DNA from: Bacteroidales bacterium
GTDB lineage: Bacteria; Bacteroidota; Bacteroidia; Bacteroidales; JAAUTT01
Assembly: GCA_038213375.1 (NCBI GenBank)
Contig: JBBQTB010000021.1
Location: 6,567 to 70,566 of the forward strand
Direction: 5' to 3'
Length of the DNA stretch: 64,000 nt
The notes under the pieces were generated by a model. The model made no database searches. It had not been told where the DNA came from and saw only the letters and a list, made by a program, of their open reading frames with translations. Within the stretch, counting starts at the first letter, position 1; each line of letters begins with the position of its first letter. Below are positions 8,852-17,084 of the stretch, one piece after another. A program made the translations under genes and the position numbers.

Positions 8852-9862
8852 ATGTCTTTTAAAAATTCGGTAATCGTGCTTTTTGTTCTTTTCTGTCTCA
8901 CTTCATGTTTTGAGAAAGATCAACCAATACCTCCAACATTACTATCCAAAGATGTTAACAGATTTGCATTTAGCCAGTCGATTTATGCAACTCAGTTTTA
9001 CTTCAGTCTTGGAAACAACCAAATTGTAAAAAGTAATAACATCGAAGATTGGGATCTAAGTTTTGAGTCGTCGCCCAAAGGTTGGCACATTCGAATAAAC
9101 GGAGGTAATGTACTGGGAATTTACTCAACAGAAATTATTGATTTTATCACCACTCAGTTCGCAACTCCAGCAAAAGATTGGAAATACGATAAGAGCAATG
9201 GCGATGCTGATTCTACTGCCATTAATAAATGGGTAGATATTTCGAAGATCCCTTATTCATATTCTAACAAAATTTACTTACTTGGAAAATACGACGGTGT
9301 AAAATACAATGCAATAAAAAAGTTAGTGTTTACTGGCGTTACGGATACTTCTTATGTATTTCGGATGGCAGATATAAACAATACTAATTTAAAGGATGTA
9401 ATTATCCGAAAAGACACAACGTGCAATCAGTCTTTCTTTAGCATAAAGAGCGGAAATCAGATTTTTATTGAACCTGCAAAAAACGAATGGGATCTGTTTT
9501 TCGGACAATATGTAACTACACTTTATACTGACAAAGGTGTTCCAACACCCTATTATGTGAGAGGAACTTTAATAAACCCATATAAATTGGGGATTGCACT
9601 CGATTCAGTTACTAATTACAATGATATCACAAACGCCAATGTAAATAGCTTTAAATTGAAAACCGAGTGGGATATCATTGGGTATAATTGGAAAACGGTG
9701 GCGATTGATAAGCAGGGCAATACAGCCCAATATGCCATAAGAAAAACCTATCATTACATCATCCGTGATGTTAAGGGCGATTATTATAAACTTAAATTCA
9801 TGGGCTTTTACAACACCAAGTCAGAGCCTGGATATCCTTCTTTTGAATTCTTAAAACTTTGA
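8852..9862 (+). CDS. HmuY-like lipoprotein
   Basis: Lipobox CLTSC. It carries a DWDLSFES motif analogous to NWDIAFN in the 5224-6468 paralogue, and starts 7 nt after the receptor stop. Confidence 0.55.
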   Translation: MSFKNSVIVLFVLFCLTSCFEKDQPIPPTLLSKDVNRFAFSQSIYATQFYFSLGNNQIVKSNNIEDWDLSFESSPKGWHIRINGGNVLGIYSTEIIDFITTQFATPAKDWKYDKSNGDADSTAINKWVDISKIPYSYSNKIYLLGKYDGVKYNAIKKLVFTGVTDTSYVFRMADINNTNLKDVIIRKDTTCNQSFFSIKSGNQIFIEPAKNEWDLFFGQYVTTLYTDKGVPTPYYVRGTLINPYKLGIALDSVTNYNDITNANVNSFKLKTEWDIIGYNWKTVAIDKQGNTAQYAIRKTYHYIIRDVKGDYYKLKFMGFYNTKSEPGYPSFEFLKL

Positions 9863-9916
9863 TATAGTAAATAGTATTCTGGCTCAATTAAGTAATAATA
9901 TATAAATCAAATATTT

Positions 9917-10300
9917 ATGAAACCTATTCTGATTATTGGTACATCAATTGTAAATATTGCGCTTATCTCGTACTCTATTTTTATCTATCAGGAAATAAAA
10001 TACCGGAAAGTAACTTCCAAACTCTTGACTTTTCTGACTGTGGGCGTAATTTTAGATGTAACGGCAACCATTTGCATGATGATTGGCTCCAGTAAAGGCC
10101 TCTTTACAATGCATGGTTTTCTGGGTTATTCATCGTTAACAGCTATGGTCATTGACACCATTTTGATATGGAATTTAAAAAGAAAATCAGGTTTGAATTC
10201 CGTAGTTTCAAAATCACTTCATGTATATTCATTAATAGCATATACCTGGTGGGTACTTGCATACATTACAGGTGCGATGCTGGTATTTATGTTCCGGTAG
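9917..10300 (+). CDS. Small 4-TM membrane protein (possibly HsmA/TIGR03987-like; uncertain)
   Basis: 127 aa with four predicted helices and conserved-looking His residues (TMHGFLGY, SLHVYS). It lies downstream of the receptor/HmuY-like cluster. Confidence 0.45.
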   Translation: MKPILIIGTSIVNIALISYSIFIYQEIKYRKVTSKLLTFLTVGVILDVTATICMMIGSSKGLFTMHGFLGYSSLTAMVIDTILIWNLKRKSGLNSVVSKSLHVYSLIAYTWWVLAYITGAMLVFMFR

Positions 10301-10784
10301 GGTTATACGGGTTACTTGTTATTCCAAATTTCCCGGCAGATCCATAATAAATTCCATAATAGTAGAACCGAAAAGCTGACAAAAACAAAGGTATCCCCAT
10401 GGTTAAGTATACCATTGAAAGATAGTAAGGCGAAATAATTCCTGATTTTCTAAGTAAAATACCTGAAGTAATCATTATCAGCATAAGTATATAGCTTTTT
10501 ATGCTGAAAAAGGAAAATAAACACGGGTAATCGTTTTTCAAATTAATGATTCGAATAATATGTTTTAAAGATATTTTCGAAAATAAAAACCAATAGAAAA
10601 CCAATCCTCCAATTATGCTAACAAAAATCCGTAACCATAAGAAATCCTTATTAATGCATAAAAACGAAAACCCTTTAAATAATAGGATCCCGCCAGCAAA
10701 CGTCCACACAAAAGCGGCCAAAAAAAGAAGGTAACGTTTGGGGATTTTTGGTTTGAACATCGTTAAATATTTTCTTTCTTGCAT
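10287..10784 (-). CDS. Hypothetical polytopic membrane protein
   Basis: 165-aa hydrophobic ORF. Its 3' end overlaps the convergent 9917-10300 gene by 14 nt. I recognise no family. Confidence 0.45.
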   Translation of the reverse strand: MQERKYLTMFKPKIPKRYLLFLAAFVWTFAGGILLFKGFSFLCINKDFLWLRIFVSIIGGLVFYWFLFSKISLKHIIRIINLKNDYPCLFSFFSIKSYILMLIMITSGILLRKSGIISPYYLSMVYLTMGIPLFLSAFRFYYYGIYYGSAGKFGITSNPYNPTGT

Positions 10785-11088
10785 TTATTAAACCTTATAA
10801 ATTTTTTTGGCGTTTACCTACATTTACCAAATACCCCCGTTCGACTTAGGCTGTGCCTGAGTCGGCTATATAAATACAGGCTCAGCCTGTTAAGATATAT
10901 TCGGCTTAGGCAAAGATGAATTTGTTTGGAATTTGTAGGTTAAATAATTAATAGTTTTTCAATTGAATATAACAAAGAGCTTTATTGCGGTGCTAATATA
11001 GAAAATAAATAAAAACCATAGCTTGTTTTAAGTTTTATTTAATGATACCAAACAATAATTATGAGTCAACTCTAAAAAGTTTTTTTGC

Positions 11089-11115
11089 CACGAATTACAC
11101 GAATTACACGAATTT
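11089..11115. repeat. Tandem 9-mer CACGAATTA x3
   Basis: cacgaatta cacgaatta cacgaattt read directly, with a fourth degenerate copy (tacgaatta) at 11154-11162. Confidence 0.8.
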
Positions 11116-11371
11116 AACATGTTATTATTCAGCAGTATATGAAACTATAAATACTACGAATTACCAAAAACATCGTTTTTGGAGTGGACTCAATTATCAT
11201 AGGTTAATAACAAAAAAAGCGAATCCAGACACGAAAGTATATAGATTTTCGTATTGTTCAAATAAAAAGTAAGCTGTACTTTTATGCGACAGGTGGTTAC
11301 AAAATACATAAAATATTTTAATGAATTCGCTTGATAACAAGAATATACAAATTAATAAAAACGCTATAATA

Positions 11372-12652
11372 ATGAAATCAACACATTGCCTTTCAGCATT
11401 CATTGGGGTTTGCCTTTGCATAAATGTATGGGCTCAACATACAGTTTTTCAAATAGCTAAGCCGGTTTCCGAAAATTTTTCCGAAGACAGATTGGCTCGC
11501 ATCGACCAGATGTTGCAACAGAATATTTCTGATGGATATACCTGTGGCACTGTGGGATTCATAGCCCGTAATGGTAAAATCATTTACAATAAGGCTTTTG
11601 GTTGGGATGATAATACTAAAAAAACAATTTTGAAAACCGACAATATCTTTCGTATTGCCTCGCAAACCAAGGCCATTACCAGTGTTGCCGTAATGATTCT
11701 GTTTGAACAAGGAAAATTCCTTCTTGACGATCCTATCTCCAAATACATTCCTGCATTCGCGCATCCAAAGGTGCTCGACAAATATAATGAAAGCGATTCT
11801 TCTTTTACTACTGTTCCTGCCTTACGGGAAATCACAATCCGCGACCTGCTTACTCATACTTCCGGTATCGACTACCCACAAATTGGTTCCGACAAAATGA
11901 AGGCCATTTATGCGAAAGCTAAAATTCCGGTAGGTTTCGTGAGCGACAAACTAATTCTTGCCAATGAGATAAATAAGCTGGCATCTTTGCCCTTGGTGCA
12001 CCAGCCAGGAGAGCGATTTACCTATGGGCTAAACGTTGATGTGCTTGGATATCTGGTAGAAGTAGTATCTGGGAAAAACCTTGACCAGTTTTTTAAGGAA
12101 CAAATTTTCAAGCCTCTGGGAATGAATGACACCTATTTTTATTTGCCTTCTTCAAAATTCTCCCGATTGGTAAACGTGAATACCGAAGATGAGAACCATC
12201 ACATGAAAAAATGGGACACCAACACCTTCAAAGGAATTTCGGCTGATTATCCCAAATCAGATGGGACCTACTTTTCTGGTGGGGCCGGTTTAGTGTCTAC
12301 TATTCAGGATTATGCCTCATTTCTCCAGATGATGCTTAATGGTGGAGTATATAATGATCAAAGGATTCTCGCAAAAAGCACGGTCGAACTGATGACGACA
12401 AACCAGATTGGCAACTTATCTCTGGGAGCTAATAAGTTTGGATTGGGATTTGAATTAACCACCCAAAACGGACAGGCCAAATTGGGTATAACCGAAGGGT
12501 CGTTTGCCTGGGGAGGGTTTTTTGCTACCATTTATTGGGTCGATCCAAAAGAAAAACTGGTTTGTTTGTTGTTTATGCAACAATGGCCTTTGAGCCATGG
12601 TGAGATTCAGGACAAATTCAAAGCTATGGTTTATCAGGCATTGAATGACTGA
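11372..12652 (+). CDS. Serine hydrolase, beta-lactamase/class C (PBP4-like) family
   Basis: SxxK motif in RIASQTKAIT. The signal peptide fits the ATG at 11372 (MKSTHCLSAFIGVCLCINVWAQ); the ORF track start at 11321 is probably an upstream extension. Confidence 0.85.
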   Translation: MKSTHCLSAFIGVCLCINVWAQHTVFQIAKPVSENFSEDRLARIDQMLQQNISDGYTCGTVGFIARNGKIIYNKAFGWDDNTKKTILKTDNIFRIASQTKAITSVAVMILFEQGKFLLDDPISKYIPAFAHPKVLDKYNESDSSFTTVPALREITIRDLLTHTSGIDYPQIGSDKMKAIYAKAKIPVGFVSDKLILANEINKLASLPLVHQPGERFTYGLNVDVLGYLVEVVSGKNLDQFFKEQIFKPLGMNDTYFYLPSSKFSRLVNVNTEDENHHMKKWDTNTFKGISADYPKSDGTYFSGGAGLVSTIQDYASFLQMMLNGGVYNDQRILAKSTVELMTTNQIGNLSLGANKFGLGFELTTQNGQAKLGITEGSFAWGGFFATIYWVDPKEKLVCLLFMQQWPLSHGEIQDKFKAMVYQALND

Positions 12653-12716
12653 TGTTTCTGCATGTGCTTTTGTTTTTTCATACAATATAAACAGCCATAG
12701 CTTTGTTGCTAATACA

Positions 12717-13484
12717 ATGAATAATAGAAATTCAGATATTAAAGAGGTGGGTTCGGTATTGCTCGAAATAGGAGCGCTGCTAATGAGTTCGGGAGCCAGT
12801 TCAAACAGAGTTCGTCTCACGGTCGATCGATTGTCGAAAACTTATGGCTATAAAACGGAAATGCTTGTGACGAACCGTGCACTGATGCTTACGGTTACTC
12901 ACCCCAATAATACCGAGCATTTTAGCCAAGTGAAACGTACATCGCCACATGGTGTAAATTTTAGACTTGTTTCAGGTATAAGCCGCATGAGTTGGCGGGT
13001 GGTGGACGAAAAGTGGGACATTTCGCAAATACGGCACGAGTTAAAACGTCTTACCGCTTTGCCTCATTATAATCGCTTACTTGTTTTAACAATTGTAGCG
13101 CTTGCGGGCGCTTCTTTTTGCCGGTTGTTTGGAGGCAATGTCATGGAAATGGCTGTTTCGTTTGTAGCTACATTTTTAGGTCTCCTTGTTCGGCAAGAAA
13201 CTCATAAGCTAGGTTATAATATTTATTTATGCGTTTTTTTTGCTTCCCTTTCGGCCTCGCTTATTTCGGGCTTATCAATTAAAATGGGAATAAGTGACAC
13301 ACTCGAACATTCATTTGCAACTTCAGTTCTTTTTTTAGTGCCCGGCGTACCTTTTATCAATGCATTTACCGATTTAATCGATGGAAATATTCTAAATGGT
13401 CTGGTAAGGGGTATTAACGGACTGCTGATTGCTTTTATGATTGCCTTGGGACTATTGTTTGCAATGTTTATTTATCAGTTTTAG
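12717..13484 (+). CDS. Threonine/serine exporter family protein (ThrE/YjjP-like, large subunit)
   Basis: A cytosolic N-terminal region followed by 5 TM helices, paired with a small YjjB-like partner directly downstream. The start at 12717 avoids overlap with the preceding gene. Confidence 0.65.
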   Translation: MNNRNSDIKEVGSVLLEIGALLMSSGASSNRVRLTVDRLSKTYGYKTEMLVTNRALMLTVTHPNNTEHFSQVKRTSPHGVNFRLVSGISRMSWRVVDEKWDISQIRHELKRLTALPHYNRLLVLTIVALAGASFCRLFGGNVMEMAVSFVATFLGLLVRQETHKLGYNIYLCVFFASLSASLISGLSIKMGISDTLEHSFATSVLFLVPGVPFINAFTDLIDGNILNGLVRGINGLLIAFMIALGLLFAMFIYQF

Positions 13485-13486
13485 GT

Positions 13487-13978
13487 ATGGATTGGTTATT
13501 ACTCGAAAAAGGTATTTGGTTTGGATTTGCTGCCCTGGGTTTTGCTATTTTATTTAACGTACCTGGCCGTACATTGGTAATAATATGGTTATTAGCTGCC
13601 ATGGGTGGCTTAACCAAAATAATATTTTTAAATTATGGTGTAAATGTAATATTATCATCCTTTGCAGGAGCTTCTCTCATTGGCATAGCAAGTATTCCAA
13701 TGGCACATTACAAACACACTCCTCCTCTCATCTTTTCTATTCCTGCCCTTATCCCTATGGTACCCGGTGCATATGCTTATCGCACTATGTTAGGGTTAAT
13801 GAATTTAACCGTTATACCTACAAACGAATCGTATTCACAAATTTTAAACGAAACAGTAAGCAATGGTTTTAAAACACTTTTTATTGTTATGACCTTGGCG
13901 GTAGGTGCTTCTATACCAATGCTGGTAACCCGAAAAAGTTCAGCGAAACAATTAAGGATAAAAGGTAAAAAGCCTTAA
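13487..13978 (+). CDS. Threonine/serine exporter family protein (YjjB-like, small subunit)
   Basis: 163-aa 4-TM protein starting 3 nt after its partner's stop; this is the typical two-gene arrangement. Confidence 0.65.
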   Translation: MDWLLLEKGIWFGFAALGFAILFNVPGRTLVIIWLLAAMGGLTKIIFLNYGVNVILSSFAGASLIGIASIPMAHYKHTPPLIFSIPALIPMVPGAYAYRTMLGLMNLTVIPTNESYSQILNETVSNGFKTLFIVMTLAVGASIPMLVTRKSSAKQLRIKGKKP

Positions 13979-14119
13979 AGATTGGCAGTTGGCAATTGAT
14001 AGCAACCTCCAACATATTATGAGCTTTAACTTGTGAATTGTTAAGCAATGGATTTTTAATTAAAATGCTCCTTCATTTGTCCCTAAAACGTTTACTTTAG
14101 TGGTTTAAAAAGTTCTTAT

Positions 14120-14911
14120 ATGAAGTTTTCAAAAATAGTTATGTTTGGCGCTGGTAATTTGGCGTTTCATATGGCTGAGTCATTACATAAATCGGGCTAT
14201 CGGATTGTTCAGGTGTATAGTAGAAAGGAAGTTAATGCCAGAAAGTTAGCTGACTTAGTAAATGCCAAGCCAATTACTAATTACAATGAATTTGATGCGA
14301 CTGCCGATATTTTAATTTTCGCATTGAACGATAGTGTCTTGCCCGGATTTATTGATAAAATTCAATTTTCCGGACAATTGGCATTGCACGCATCGGGAAG
14401 TCTGCCTATGGACATTTTTAAAGGGAAAGCCGATCATTATGGGGTTTTGTATCCGTTGCAAACATTTTCGAAATTCCGTAATGTTAATTTTTATGAGATC
14501 CCGCTTTTTATTGAAGCCGGAAATCCTAAGGATTTGGCTAACCTTCAGATGTTTGCTTCATCGCTTTGTGCACGCGTTTTGCACGCCGATTCTTCTCAGC
14601 GCAGGAAAATACATCTTTCGGCAGTATTTGTATCAAATTTTGTCAATCACATGTATTCATTGGGCGAACAACTTATAAAACAATCTGGTTTTTCGTTTGA
14701 TATTTTAAAACCAATCATCTTGGAAACTGCGCTGAAAGCAATTGAATCCGGCGATCCGGTTTCCTCCCAAACGGGTCCGGCTTTTAGGATGAATGCTGAT
14801 ACAATGGCAAAGCACCTCGAAATGTTATCCGATTCATCCAACATGCAAAAAATCTATACCTTTGTATCAAACAGTATTGTCGAAATGCATCACAACGAGT
14901 CAATTATATAG
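14120..14911 (+). CDS. Rossmann-fold oxidoreductase-like protein (DUF2520/ProC-like)
   Basis: N-terminal dinucleotide-binding motif MFGAGNLAFH. It is 263 aa and lies upstream of kdsC, as commonly seen in Bacteroidota. Confidence 0.6.
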   Translation: MKFSKIVMFGAGNLAFHMAESLHKSGYRIVQVYSRKEVNARKLADLVNAKPITNYNEFDATADILIFALNDSVLPGFIDKIQFSGQLALHASGSLPMDIFKGKADHYGVLYPLQTFSKFRNVNFYEIPLFIEAGNPKDLANLQMFASSLCARVLHADSSQRRKIHLSAVFVSNFVNHMYSLGEQLIKQSGFSFDILKPIILETALKAIESGDPVSSQTGPAFRMNADTMAKHLEMLSDSSNMQKIYTFVSNSIVEMHHNESII

Positions 14912-14916
14912 CTAAT

Positions 14917-15438
14917 ATGTCAGTTAATTATAAAGAGTTATTACACAACATAAAAGCATTTGTTTTTGATGTTGATGGTGTTTTTTCAAATAATGTGATT
15001 CTTCATCCGTCTGGCGAATTAATGCGTTCAATGAATATCAAAGATGGTTTTGCAGTTCAATACGCTATAAAAAAGGGTTATCCGATTGCTATTATTACCG
15101 GAGGAAACTCAGATTCAGTAAGAATAAGGTTTGAAAATTTGGGAATTAGGGATATTTATTTAAAATCGTACAATAAAATAACTGATTTTGAGGATTTTCT
15201 TATAAAAAATAAACTAAAACAGGAAGAAGTCCTTTATATGGGTGATGATCTTCCTGATTATCAAATTATGAAAAGGGTAGGGGTTCCCACCTGTCCTGCC
15301 GATGCCGTTGAGGAGATTAAAGCAATTTCGATGTACATTTCGTACAAAACCGGAGGCGAAGGGTGTGTACGTGATGTAATAGAACAAACGCTGCGCGTGC
15401 AAGGCCAATGGATGCACCCCGAATCCTTTATATGGTAA
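14917..15438 (+). CDS. kdsC: 3-deoxy-D-manno-octulosonate 8-phosphate phosphatase (HAD IIIA)
   Basis: HAD motif I (FVFDVDGVFS), 173 aa, and the C-terminal motif YMGDDLPD. Confidence 0.8.
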   Translation: MSVNYKELLHNIKAFVFDVDGVFSNNVILHPSGELMRSMNIKDGFAVQYAIKKGYPIAIITGGNSDSVRIRFENLGIRDIYLKSYNKITDFEDFLIKNKLKQEEVLYMGDDLPDYQIMKRVGVPTCPADAVEEIKAISMYISYKTGGEGCVRDVIEQTLRVQGQWMHPESFIW

Positions 15439-15447
15439 ATTGTTAAC

Positions 15448-16410
15448 ATGAACCACTTACTTAGATTACTTCGATTTCCCAATTTGGTGATCATTGCCTC
15501 AACCATGATATTAATCAGGTATGCCATCATTCAACCGATTTTTATTCAATATGGTATTGGACTTGAATTTCCCTTACTTCATTTTATTTTTTTGGTTCTG
15601 TCGGTTATATTGATTGCTTCCGCAGGATATATAATAAATGATTATTTCGATGTCAGAATCGATTTGGTAAATAAGCCAAATGAAGTTGTTATTAATAACT
15701 ATTTCAAAGCTAAATCGGTGTATCGAGCCTATTTTATCCTAAATAGCATTGCGTTAGCACTAGCATTTTACATTAGTTCAAAGGTTGGAATTTTAGCCTT
15801 ATTCCTAATATTTCCGGTTACCATTGGAGTGCTTTGGTTTTATTCTACCACATATAAAAAACAATTATTGGTTGGGAATATTATTGTATCATTACTTATT
15901 GCCACGGTGCCCATTATAGTTGCGCTATATGAAATGCCTTCCATTCATGCAAAATATCACGATTTTCCGGGAGCCTACCGGGTTTTGCTTAACGTAATAT
16001 TTGCATGGTGCGAAATATTCGCTTTGTTTGCTTTTCTTGTTAACCTGATTCGTGAATTGGTAAAGGATGCCGAAGACTTTGAAGGCGACAATGTTTACGG
16101 TAGAAACACACTTCCAATCGTTTTTGGTATTAAAGGGACTAAAATAACAATTAATGTATTGGTATTATTAACGATGTGTTTATTATCCTATGTCTTTGTA
16201 AGGTATTTTCAGATAACTAATCTTGGTCGGTTTGATTGGGTAACTTTTTGTTATTTTAGTCTGCTGCTCATCATTCCTTTAGGTACTGCAGCAGGAATGG
16301 TTTTGTTAGCCAAATCGAAGAAACACTTTACAACTGCTTCTACGATCATAAAACTTGTAATGGTTGCAGGTATTTTATACACACTTATAGCCAGATTTAA
16401 GCTCTCATAA
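15448..16410 (+). CDS. UbiA-family aromatic/isoprenoid prenyltransferase
   Basis: Asp-rich motif INDYFDVRID, a second motif KDAEDFEGD, and about 9 TM helices. Confidence 0.8.
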   Translation: MNHLLRLLRFPNLVIIASTMILIRYAIIQPIFIQYGIGLEFPLLHFIFLVLSVILIASAGYIINDYFDVRIDLVNKPNEVVINNYFKAKSVYRAYFILNSIALALAFYISSKVGILALFLIFPVTIGVLWFYSTTYKKQLLVGNIIVSLLIATVPIIVALYEMPSIHAKYHDFPGAYRVLLNVIFAWCEIFALFAFLVNLIRELVKDAEDFEGDNVYGRNTLPIVFGIKGTKITINVLVLLTMCLLSYVFVRYFQITNLGRFDWVTFCYFSLLLIIPLGTAAGMVLLAKSKKHFTTASTIIKLVMVAGILYTLIARFKLS

Positions 16411-16419
16411 AACAACGGA

Positions 16420-17016
16420 ATGATTCTCACTAATACTGTTACATTATTACTCGCATCTCAATCGCCTCGCCGGAGGGCATTGCTTAAGGAAATGGGTTAT
16501 CCTGTTAAAATTGTAGATGCTCCGAATATCCTGGAGGTGTTTCCTGATCATCTTACAGGAGGCGAAATACCTGAATATATTGCAGAACAGAAGGCTAAAG
16601 CTTATGTTAATTTTCTGCTTAATGACGAAATGCTGGTTACGGCCGATACCATTGTGTGGCTAAACAACGAAGTAATTGGCAAACCCACTGGCCGTGAAGA
16701 TGCAATTGCTATGCTCCGGAAACTGTCCGATAATGTTCACCAGGTTTTTACGGGTATTTGTTTAAATTATCGTGGAAAAAACCATTTAATTTGTGATGAA
16801 ACAAAGGTTTATTTCCGCAAACTTAGCGATGATGAAATTATCTATTATGTTGATAATTACAAACCATATGACAAAGCTGGCGCCTATGGTGTTCAGGAAT
16901 GGATTGGTTTTGTTGGTGTTGAACGCATCGAAGGTTCATACTTCAACGTCATGGGATTGCCAATACATCGGTTATATTCTGAAATTAAAAAAATAGTAGA
17001 AACCAGTATTGAATAG
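16420..17016 (+). CDS. maf: Maf-like nucleoside triphosphate pyrophosphatase
   Basis: LLLASQSPRRRALL N-terminal signature, KAGAYGVQE motif, 198 aa. Confidence 0.85.
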   Translation: MILTNTVTLLLASQSPRRRALLKEMGYPVKIVDAPNILEVFPDHLTGGEIPEYIAEQKAKAYVNFLLNDEMLVTADTIVWLNNEVIGKPTGREDAIAMLRKLSDNVHQVFTGICLNYRGKNHLICDETKVYFRKLSDDEIIYYVDNYKPYDKAGAYGVQEWIGFVGVERIEGSYFNVMGLPIHRLYSEIKKIVETSIE

Positions 17017-17084
17017 AAAAAAAGCAAAAGTAGTGGGAGTTTCTTCTAATATCAAACTCTAAATAGTATGACATCTAAAAATAG

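Noticed and set aside
9917-10784. 14-nt 3'-end overlap of two convergent membrane-protein genes
   Set aside because: Short convergent overlaps are common in compact genomes. No antisense regulatory structure or conserved motif is evident.
11042-11272. 76-aa ORF in the long spacer upstream of the beta-lactamase-fold gene
   Set aside because: Its sequence is low-complexity (NYTNYTN) and generated by the CACGAATTA tandem repeat. It has no signal, domain or promoter logic, so I treat it as non-coding.
11321-12716. Longer N-terminal extensions of the hydrolase (start 11321) and ThrE-like (start 12645) genes
   Set aside because: Internal ATGs at 11372 and 12717 give a proper signal peptide and a non-overlapping start respectively. 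The extensions look non-native.
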